IMG/VR virus record: IMGVR_UViG_3300009177_000029
Coordinates: 1-41,063 of that record
Source of the DNA: a virus
Lineage: Duplodnaviria > Heunggongvirae > Uroviricota > Caudoviricetes
Length of the DNA stretch: 41,063 bases
Direction: 5' to 3' (one strand)
Part shown: piece by piece, positions 16,654 to 23,769 of the stretch
How positions within the stretch are numbered: position 1 is the first letter of the stretch
Layout of the letters: each line of letters begins with the position of its first letter
Translations under genes and position numbers: made by a program
The notes under the pieces: generated by a model
Database searches by the model: none
Seen by the model: only the letters and a program-made list of their open reading frames with translations
Told to the model about the DNA's origin: nothing

Positions 16654-17365
16654 GTGGCGGATTTGTAGGCTTGTATGCTTCCGTACAGATCGCCGCGTTC
16701 AACATCATGGTACTACCCAACATGGCGAAACCGTGTCCGGCATGGATGTGACCGCAAATGTGCACACGTGGCTTCTTCGTGAGAATCACGTCTCGTAGGT
16801 CCATACAACCCACACGTTCGCCACGAGGCGTGAGATCAAGAGCACCGTAGGCAGGGCCGTGCGTGATGAGAATGTCGAGTCCTTCGGGGATCTTGTCCCA
16901 CTTGGACCTGATTTCCTTGCCTCGCTCGGCATTGAACACCCAATGCTGCTTGAAGAAAGCAGGCGTCCAGGGCGAACCGTAGATGCGGAAACCAAAGCGC
17001 TCAATCTCTTCGTCCTCGATGTATGTCACATCCGGCAACAAAGATTTCCACGTCTCTGGGTCACGTTGTGCCGTGAGGTCATGATTGCCAGCGATACAGA
17101 CGACTTCACCGACCTTGCCACTGTCCTGTAGAGCAAAGCACCAGTTGTTGAAATCCGTGATCTGTGCGTACTCTCCACGGTCCGTGATGTCACCAGCTAC
17201 GATGAGCAAATCACAGTTGGGCACCTGTATTCTATTTTGGTACGAGTGCATGTCCGAGATAGCGCAAATACGCTTCGTCTTCACAGGAAGTTGCGGCGTC
17301 TGTGGCTTGTTGCGCCAAGCTCGTGCTGATTGAACCATGTCGCCCGTCATAGCTTCCTCAAACAT
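16631..17365 (-). CDS. Metallophosphoesterase (MPPED/Rv0805-like calcineurin fold)
   Basis: ISDMH, AGDIT, AGNHD, YGSPWTP, LITHGP, GHIH. Confidence 0.9.
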   Translation of the reverse strand: MFEEAMTGDMVQSARAWRNKPQTPQLPVKTKRICAISDMHSYQNRIQVPNCDLLIVAGDITDRGEYAQITDFNNWCFALQDSGKVGEVVCIAGNHDLTAQRDPETWKSLLPDVTYIEDEEIERFGFRIYGSPWTPAFFKQHWVFNAERGKEIRSKWDKIPEGLDILITHGPAYGALDLTPRGERVGCMDLRDVILTKKPRVHICGHIHAGHGFAMLGSTMMLNAAICTEAYKPTNPPLVIDLGI

Positions 17366-18179
17366 TTCCGCGTGCCATCAGGAAGAGTCCGCTTCGGAGT
17401 GATACCTTAGGCTTCCATTTACCATCAATGCGGAGTCTGTCAAGGGACGGCACCTTCCACCAAGCATGACGCTCGATTGGTTCCACAGTGACAATCTCGA
17501 TGTCCTTCTCGAAGGCATGGCCAACAGACTTGGCTAGGGAGAGAATCTCCACCTGTTCATCTGAGCCGACATTGTAGATGCCTCTGTGACCCTTGAGCAA
17601 GCGCTGTACCAACACGCCGATTGCTGCTGTGAAGTCTTCTTCCCAAAGGAATGTACGGATTTGGCGACCAGGATGGTCAACAAGCAGCGGGTGGTTACCA
17701 CGTGCTTGCTTCATGAACTTGTTGACTACGCCGTGCGTACAGGTAGGTCCGTAGACGTTGAATGGTCGTACGACCACAGTCTTACCTGTTGGTCGCTGCA
17801 CAAACATGTGCTCGGCAAGCAAGGACGTGAGCGGACGCACAGCACTCTCATCAAGAGGCGATGTAATCACGTGTCCTTGCGCTTCATCCATAGGTTCTAC
17901 TTCACGTAGATTCAACGCGTAGTCTCGGTCTGAGTACACGCTGGATGAAGAAAGAAGAAGCACGGGCCAATCCTTGGACTGTACCGTGCGGAGTTCGTCG
18001 AGTAGTTTGTATGCGGCATCGCGGTTGTGTACCTCTGCTCCGGCTAGCACGAATACAGGGTTGTCTTGATCGACCTGCGAAGGGTCAACGACGAGGGCAA
18101 AGCCCTGCGAGATCAAGAAACCAATCGTGATCGGAAGAAGTACGTGGCGACCTACTACGACGAACTGTGTACGCTTCAC
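17358..18179 (-). CDS. NAD-dependent epimerase/dehydratase homologue (UDP-glucuronate decarboxylase-like), degenerate
   Basis: LLSSSSVY, VVRPFNVYGP, RQIRTFLWEED, IYNVGSDEQVEILSLA, WKPKVSLRSGL. No GxxGxxG or YxxxK. GTG start at 18179 with AAGGA SD. Confidence 0.75.
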   Translation of the reverse strand: MKRTQFVVVGRHVLLPITIGFLISQGFALVVDPSQVDQDNPVFVLAGAEVHNRDAAYKLLDELRTVQSKDWPVLLLSSSSVYSDRDYALNLREVEPMDEAQGHVITSPLDESAVRPLTSLLAEHMFVQRPTGKTVVVRPFNVYGPTCTHGVVNKFMKQARGNHPLLVDHPGRQIRTFLWEEDFTAAIGVLVQRLLKGHRGIYNVGSDEQVEILSLAKSVGHAFEKDIEIVTVEPIERHAWWKVPSLDRLRIDGKWKPKVSLRSGLFLMARGNV

Positions 18180-18262
18180 TTTTTGAGTTCCTTTTCTGCA
18201 CACTTGCAGTGTAGGACAATCTTCTTGCACTTGTCGCACTTAGGCAAGATCTTATCGGTCAT
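18176..18262 (-). CDS. 28-aa Cys-rich microprotein (not in ORF track)
   Basis: MTDKILPKCDKCKKIVLHCKCAEKELKK*; overlaps both neighbours (GTGA coupling). Confidence 0.6.
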   Translation of the reverse strand: MTDKILPKCDKCKKIVLHCKCAEKELKK

Positions 18263-18752
18263 ACAACCAGCTCTCTTTCATGGTCGAGAACAGCACAGAC
18301 AACGGGAAGATCACTACACAATCTGCCGTTCCCAACTGAGTTTCAAAGTATGTCTTCGACGTGGACAACTTATGCCACAGTTCCGGAGTCATGTGCATGC
18401 GACGAACCATTGCGTACAGAGGCGCATGGTTCTTCGTAAACACAAGCAATGGAATCTTCCCCTTCGGTGTTTCCGTCAGGGTCTGTTCCCACCACTTGTG
18501 CATCAAGGTCTTGTCGGACGTGAGCATCTGCTCCAACGTCCAACCTTCGACCTTCTTGCTTTCCACACAGAACGGGAACGATTTGTCAGGCGTCACGAGG
18601 TCGCCGCATGCGTTCCAGTCCTCACGAAACTTTGCCGTCGCGAAGCCACCTGAAAGTGGCGTACGTGCAAAGTCCGCTCCCCACCATGCCGAGAATAGCT
18701 TTGCCAGCTTCCTCTCGGCCGTCTGTCCCTTCTTGCGTCCGTTTACTGCCAT
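18252..18752 (-). CDS. Holliday junction resolvase, PD-(D/E)xK type (T5 D14-like)
   Basis: KKGQTAERKLA, RTPLSGG, GDLV, VESKK, WWEQ, PLLVFTKN. Confidence 0.85.
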   Translation of the reverse strand: MAVNGRKKGQTAERKLAKLFSAWWGADFARTPLSGGFATAKFREDWNACGDLVTPDKSFPFCVESKKVEGWTLEQMLTSDKTLMHKWWEQTLTETPKGKIPLLVFTKNHAPLYAMVRRMHMTPELWHKLSTSKTYFETQLGTADCVVIFPLSVLFSTMKESWLYDR

Positions 18753-18758
18753 TCACGG

Positions 18759-18787
18759 ATGATACGCCGTGAATCACGAACTGTCAA
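18759..18787 (-). promoter_or_regulatory. sigma70-like promoter TTGACA-N17-TATCAT
   Basis: Minus strand ttgaca gttcgtgattcacggcg tatcat ccgtga ATG. Confidence 0.75.
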
Positions 18788-19170
18788 GTCAAATCCCACT
18801 CGGTTTCAACTTCGATTAGCTTGGGCTTTTCTGCCTTTGCTTTCGGAGGGTTGGTGAGCGGCGTGCTGGACACGGATTGGTAACCCTTCTTGATCTTCTC
18901 GCGCATCACGTTCTCAAAGACTTGCATGGCATCGTCCTCAGTGGAGTATTCGCCGAAGCCAGATTGGCCTTGTGTGCCGATCTTGCCCCAACGAGTCTTG
19001 AATGCGTGCGAACGTCCCGTACGACCAGCAGAACCACGGCCGCTGGATACGAGCTTGAGTGCAGTAAGTTCGTAGAACTTGTTCGAGTTCTCAGCTACGT
19101 TCTTGTACTCAAGATACTCACGACGTAGAACCTCGTAGTCAAGTCCGTTCTCTTCAACTAGGTTAGCCAT
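18784..19170 (-). CDS. Stand-alone WGR domain protein
   Basis: SNKFYEL, TRWGKIGTQGQ, EKIKKGY. Start ATG 19170 overlaps the HNH stop. Confidence 0.85.
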   Translation of the reverse strand: MANLVEENGLDYEVLRREYLEYKNVAENSNKFYELTALKLVSSGRGSAGRTGRSHAFKTRWGKIGTQGQSGFGEYSTEDDAMQVFENVMREKIKKGYQSVSSTPLTNPPKAKAEKPKLIEVETEWDLT

Positions 19171-19792
19171 GTTTCTTCCGTGAAGGTGTGAAGGCAACTT
19201 CTTTATGGTCTGTCCAACCGCGGTCAAGACGCTTGTACATTGTGAACTCAGAGACTGAGCAGCGCGGGTCGCGGGACCACTCACTGACTGTCTTAGTCTC
19301 TCCATCAATGGTGAGTTTGACATTTGAGCGAGTATTCTGGTTCTGTTCATAGCGAGTTGCCCAACGAACATTACCTGGCTCGTAGTTGCCGTTTGAATCC
19401 ATGCGCTCAATCGTGTGCTTGAGTGTGGGACGCTTGCCTACCATGAACAGGAAGGCTTCGAAGCTGTCTCGCCACATATCACACACGACGATGCCGCGAC
19501 CACCATAGTTCTTGTAGTCTTTGTTGTTCGGGTTGTGGCAGCGTTGAATCATGTGCACCCAAGTATTGTACTCGGGCGATGCTTTACCGTATGGCGAAGC
19601 GCCATGAGAAGTCTTTGACACGGAGACTGAGCAACGTCGGCACATGAGACTCTTGGCATGCGTCAAGTCATACTTGCGCACTGCCTTGGTCGTACGTCCG
19701 CACGAACAGGTACAGATCACCTTTGTGGTGTCTTTGCTCTGCGCGGTTACGGTCCATGCACCGAACGTTTGCCCAATCGCCAGGTCACTCAT
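19163..19792 (-). CDS. Free-standing HNH-type homing endonuclease
   Basis: CTCSCG, WVHMIQRC, YKNYGGRGIVVC, TIERMDSNGNYEPGNVRWAT. Confidence 0.85.
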   Translation of the reverse strand: MSDLAIGQTFGAWTVTAQSKDTTKVICTCSCGRTTKAVRKYDLTHAKSLMCRRCSVSVSKTSHGASPYGKASPEYNTWVHMIQRCHNPNNKDYKNYGGRGIVVCDMWRDSFEAFLFMVGKRPTLKHTIERMDSNGNYEPGNVRWATRYEQNQNTRSNVKLTIDGETKTVSEWSRDPRCSVSEFTMYKRLDRGWTDHKEVAFTPSRKKHG

Positions 19793-19986
19793 ACGATTTC
19801 GAGTGCATCACGATGAACACGCATGTAGTTCATGTGGTACTCGCAGTTGTCCAGCTCGTTGAACCAAGCACACACGAAACCATTACGTGTATGTTCATCC
19901 TTCGAGACAACGCTCATCGCAGGACAAGGGAACAGTCCCTTGAGCTTGACACGAGACCCGATACCCACTACTTGCTTCTTTGCCAT
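19789..19986 (-). CDS. DUF2158/YodC-like small protein
   Basis: IGSRVKLK..PAMSV...CAWF. Confidence 0.6.
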   Translation of the reverse strand: MAKKQVVGIGSRVKLKGLFPCPAMSVVSKDEHTRNGFVCAWFNELDNCEYHMNYMRVHRDALEIV

Positions 19987-19995
19987 GTTTCCTCC

Positions 19996-20286
19996 TCAGC
20001 AGATCGCCGATGCGTGCCAACCCTTGGTTCCGTATGCGCTGCCATAGGCATCGTACCTGGCACGAAGGTTGTCATCCGCATCATACCACTTCTTCGTGTT
20101 CTTGGGCTCGTAGGTCACGTCGAACGAGGCACCGTCGAGATTGAAAGTAACTGGCACGCCAGTCTCTTCGCAAACCTTCGCGAGTTCTGCCATGGCTTCC
20201 TTCACAGTCTTCTCAAAGACTGCCTTCTGCGCATGGACCTTCTCAGCCGCTTCAACGAACTGTTCGTCTAGTGTTTTCTTGGTCAT
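19996..20286 (-). CDS. Hypothetical protein
   Basis: GAGG SD; operon packing. Confidence 0.7.
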   Translation of the reverse strand: MTKKTLDEQFVEAAEKVHAQKAVFEKTVKEAMAELAKVCEETGVPVTFNLDGASFDVTYEPKNTKKWYDADDNLRARYDAYGSAYGTKGWHASAIC

Positions 20287-20357
20287 GATTATCGCCTCTT
20301 CGGATCCTTGTAACGACGACCACCCTCAGCCTTTTGCTTTGCGGAGTCCAGGACGGC

Positions 20358-20618
20358 CTATGCCTGGCTTCCAGAGACAACCTGGATGCGTTCCGCTTCC
20401 GAGACTGCCTTGCCCTGCATCTTCGACGCAATGACCTCAGGCGGGTTCTCGATGACCTGGAAATCGATTTCCTTGGTGTCCTCGTTGATGACCTTCGTGA
20501 AGGTGAAGTAGAGGCTCACAAGTTCACGGAAACGTGCCGACTCCATGAGTCGAGAAAACATGATTCCATATTCACGAAGCTTGGCATCTGCAAGCTGGTC
20601 TTCGGTCTCTGTGCTCAT
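20358..20618 (-). CDS. Hypothetical protein; reading frame continues past TAG to 20289
   Basis: 86 aa to the TAG, then 22 more sense codons to TAA at 20289-20291. Confidence 0.7.
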   Translation of the reverse strand: MSTETEDQLADAKLREYGIMFSRLMESARFRELVSLYFTFTKVINEDTKEIDFQVIENPPEVIASKMQGKAVSEAERIQVVSGSQA

Positions 20619-20851
20619 ACTTGCTCCAACTTCGTCTTGATGGTCACAGTCACATCATGCCCAGACTGACGGTCCTTGAACATGAAGCTCACGCCGTAGT
20701 CTGTAGGCACATGACGGATGACTTCACCGTTCTTGCCTTCGATGGGTTCGTAGTCAACAGTCTCGGCATACTGAGACACGTGGTCATTCTCGACCAACTC
20801 AGTGATAGCCTTGAGACGCCCAATCAGCTCTTTCTTGAATACGCCACTCAT
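20615..20851 (-). CDS. Hypothetical protein
   Basis: ATGA overlaps. Confidence 0.7.
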   Translation of the reverse strand: MSGVFKKELIGRLKAITELVENDHVSQYAETVDYEPIEGKNGEVIRHVPTDYGVSFMFKDRQSGHDVTVTIKTKLEQV

Positions 20852-21171
20852 AGATCAAACTCCGCGTTTAGGGTTGTGCCGTCCGATTCAACTTCTGTCT
20901 GCAACTCACCGTCGATGTACACCTTGAGTTTGAGTGTACCATCTGTTTCCTTGCGCGTGACAACACGCACATGACGCTTCTCTTGGGGCGCAGCCGGCAA
21001 TACGATCTTCGTACCTGTAGTCGTGTCAGGCAACACCGGATACGGCTCGAATGGAATCTGCGGTACTGTTGGGATCCATGGTTGATCTGGAATCCAAGGC
21101 TCGCCTGGCCACGGGCCAGTCATTGGCGGCGCGCCATACATTACGGTTCCATGTGTTGCCGGAGTTCTCAT
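20848..21171 (-). CDS. Proline-rich hypothetical protein
   Basis: GPWPGEPWIPDQPWIP repeats; ATGA overlaps. Confidence 0.65.
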   Translation of the reverse strand: MRTPATHGTVMYGAPPMTGPWPGEPWIPDQPWIPTVPQIPFEPYPVLPDTTTGTKIVLPAAPQEKRHVRVVTRKETDGTLKLKVYIDGELQTEVESDGTTLNAEFDL

Positions 21172-22025
21172 TGTCCACCTGTGAAGATTTGTTCGTTTGG
21201 AATACGCTTGCGATACTGTTGGAACGGTGCCGCAAAGTTACCATACCCAAACTTGGCTTCTGGGTCACTTGGGTCGATGACAAATGCTTGATGCTCGAAC
21301 GGAGACATGTGTCCGTTGGTTAGAAGCATGTCATGTAGTGCGTGGTCTGCCTTGTAGTCGATGACGTTGCGGTCGTGAGTAAGATACGACACCCGAGCGC
21401 ATCGTGCAACCGAGCATTTCAGAAGGAACAGGTCCACTCCACGGTCATCGTACTTGTACGCCTCTTCAATGTCCTCAGGACGGATGTAAGGTGCATGAAG
21501 ATCGCCAACACAGCGTGGAATAGGCGTACTCTTCTCGATAGCCTCACGTACATTCTTCGCGACAATCTGAATCTCCGGCTGTGCTGCTGGATGCTCACGA
21601 AGCGCCAGGAAGTTACGCCACTCTGTTGCCGAACAGATTACCTTGTGCCAAGCATACGGCTCGATGATACGGTTCGCCCACTGCTTGTGAACGCCCACAT
21701 CCGCCAAACGCTTTGCGTGCTTGGTAGCAGAAGCACACGCCTCCAACCAAATCTGACGAGCTTGTGCCTGTGCGATTGGGTCGAGCGTGTCACCAGCCTG
21801 CATACCCTTCTTGTTTGCAAGAAAGGCTTCTGGGATGAATGGGTCTGTCTGCAACATTGCGATGCGCTTCTCAACCGGAATAGCTCGACTTGATGCCGAG
21901 TTGCGGGAGAACATGCGATGTGTGTTGAACTCTGCCAGGATGAAGCGCGGCATGTCGATCAACAATGTGATGAGGACTTCCCCACCCGCAGACGAGTGTG
22001 CGAGGACTTCTACTTCGTAGCTCAC
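21168..22025 (-). CDS. thyX: Flavin-dependent thymidylate synthase (ThyX/Thy1 family)
   Basis: EFNTHRMFSRNSASSRAIP, HKQWANR, LR..AQPEI, ARCARVSY, HMSPFEH. GTG start at 22025. Confidence 0.85.
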   Translation of the reverse strand: MSYEVEVLAHSSAGGEVLITLLIDMPRFILAEFNTHRMFSRNSASSRAIPVEKRIAMLQTDPFIPEAFLANKKGMQAGDTLDPIAQAQARQIWLEACASATKHAKRLADVGVHKQWANRIIEPYAWHKVICSATEWRNFLALREHPAAQPEIQIVAKNVREAIEKSTPIPRCVGDLHAPYIRPEDIEEAYKYDDRGVDLFLLKCSVARCARVSYLTHDRNVIDYKADHALHDMLLTNGHMSPFEHQAFVIDPSDPEAKFGYGNFAAPFQQYRKRIPNEQIFTGGQ

Positions 22026-22225
22026 TTCGAGTTCCTCAACTGATCTTGAAACTTGCGATAGCCTGCGGCAAGTGCTGCATACAAGCAGAGCCAAGCAACG
22101 CCTACGAGTGCGAACACACCGCCAGCGAACAGGTTTCCGACCAGCAGTTGTGACCCGCCGATGCCCAAGCATAGACCGCCTAGAACCGCAGCCAACCTAC
22201 CACTGTACAAAGACATAGTGTTCAT
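22022..22225 (-). CDS. Small membrane protein (2 TM)
   Basis: LAAVLGGLCLGIGG / LFAGGVFALVGVAWLCLYAALA. Confidence 0.7.
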   Translation of the reverse strand: MNTMSLYSGRLAAVLGGLCLGIGGSQLLVGNLFAGGVFALVGVAWLCLYAALAAGYRKFQDQLRNSK

Positions 22226-23043
22226 GTTCCCTCGTGCTGTGCCTTGTAGACAAGCATGTACGTATCTACGTTGGCGTACAAGTCTACTAGCGTCTTGTCG
22301 TTGTTGAGGATGAAGTCGAAGTTGTTGATGTCGAAGTCTTGTGTCTCCGATGCATGACCCGCTACCCCAAGCGTTGTTGCCTTCGCATCCGAAGAAGGAC
22401 GTAGCACGCGGATGACACATCCGCCAGCGTCGTGAATCTGCTTGAACTCGTTCTCGAAACGAATATCAGTCACCACAACACCCTCAGGCATCTTGAAGCC
22501 CTTGAGCTTGCGAACCTTCAAGCCTTCCAAGCGGTCATAGCCGTATGGAATCATGTCGCCCTCTTCATTGAGCAGCTTGCGAGTGGTACGTAGAAGGCAG
22601 TCAATCCACAGGTTTGGACCCACCGCTTCACGACCCCACTCAGTTCCTAGCGTCTGCAACATGATGCGAGGTGACAGCTTTCCGGTGTAGTGATCACGGA
22701 GCCAACAGAACCAGTGAACTAGATGCTTGTACGCACCAGCTACGAACTGCGGTTCTGAGTTTCCAGTGACACGTTCGATGTACTCGTGCCCGTACATTTC
22801 GATCCTGTACTGTGCCAGGTTCCAAGCTTCTACAGTGTGATATCTTTCGTCCACACCATTGCGGCGATCACTCGGACCCCATAGCTGGTCCTCAGTGAAT
22901 CCGAATACGTGATAGCCAAGATGCTTGATTGGATCTGCCAATGCAATCTTGGTGAAGTCGTACTTCTCGACAAGATAGTCACCGACTGTATCCTTGCCAG
23001 AACCTGCTTGACCAGAGACACCCATGATACTGAGCTTGTGCAT
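22222..23043 (-). CDS. Deoxynucleoside monophosphate kinase (T4 gp1-like)
   Basis: GQAGSGKDT, ADPIK, SPRIMLQTLGTEWGR, VTDIRFENE, HASE. Confidence 0.9.
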   Translation of the reverse strand: MHKLSIMGVSGQAGSGKDTVGDYLVEKYDFTKIALADPIKHLGYHVFGFTEDQLWGPSDRRNGVDERYHTVEAWNLAQYRIEMYGHEYIERVTGNSEPQFVAGAYKHLVHWFCWLRDHYTGKLSPRIMLQTLGTEWGREAVGPNLWIDCLLRTTRKLLNEEGDMIPYGYDRLEGLKVRKLKGFKMPEGVVVTDIRFENEFKQIHDAGGCVIRVLRPSSDAKATTLGVAGHASETQDFDINNFDFILNNDKTLVDLYANVDTYMLVYKAQHEGT

Positions 23044-23137
23044 CACTTTGGCTTTCGTAGATAGATTTGACAACGGTCCATTGTTGCCCAAATAACAAGG
23101 ACCACGAGGATAGCAGCGTCACACCAGTCTAGAAAGG

Positions 23138-23488
23138 TCATAGTCCCATCCTTTGTGCATCAGCAAGCGTGATACGGTATACGCGTGTCGGACTGAAAGA
23201 CTGTCCGAGAGTCGTCAAGGCTCGAATCTCTTTCTCAAGCCATGCAGCCTTCTCGATACACGCCTTGAAGAACAAGGCGTTTGCTGTGAGCGAAGCGTCA
23301 CCAGCAAGCGAAACCATCAGTGCTACCGCGGTCTTCTTGTCCGGCATTTCCAAGTCCATGCGATCGAGCAAAGCCTTGTACTGATCCTGATACAAACCGA
23401 CACGATTTCGGATGATGTCTCGTAGAGCTTGGCCTTCGGCTTCAACGTGATCGCCACCTCTGGCATCTAGGATAGGAGCTTCCTTCAT
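23138..23488 (-). CDS. Hypothetical protein
   Basis: GAGGT SD; ATGA overlap. Confidence 0.65.
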   Translation of the reverse strand: MKEAPILDARGGDHVEAEGQALRDIIRNRVGLYQDQYKALLDRMDLEMPDKKTAVALMVSLAGDASLTANALFFKACIEKAAWLEKEIRALTTLGQSFSPTRVYRITLADAQRMGL

Positions 23489-23766
23489 ACTACGAAACCT
23501 CTAGCTGGCGTGAGAGACTTGATGCCACTGAGGGCGAATGCGTGTGCGTCATCACGCTCAAACACTGCGGCCTGCAACTGACGGTCAAGTTCCTTGAGTC
23601 GGTGCTGTGCAAGACGAATGGTCTCTTGTTCCTTAGCGATGAGCTTCTCAACGATGCGCACACGCTCTACACGCTCAGCGTACTCCGAAACGAACTTCAT
23701 TGCGAGATTTGAATCCATGTCCATCCTCCGAGCTTCCAAGCATACTACGAAACGGTCGACGTTCAA
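23485..23766 (-). CDS. Hypothetical coiled-coil protein
   Basis: Helical heptad pattern; start uncertain. Confidence 0.6.
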   Translation of the reverse strand: MNVDRFVVCLEARRMDMDSNLAMKFVSEYAERVERVRIVEKLIAKEQETIRLAQHRLKELDRQLQAAVFERDDAHAFALSGIKSLTPARGFVV

Positions 23767-23769
23767 GTA

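Noticed and set aside
23066-23100. Plus-strand TTGACA as an antisense promoter
   Set aside because: There is no acceptable -10 hexamer at 16-18 bp spacing.
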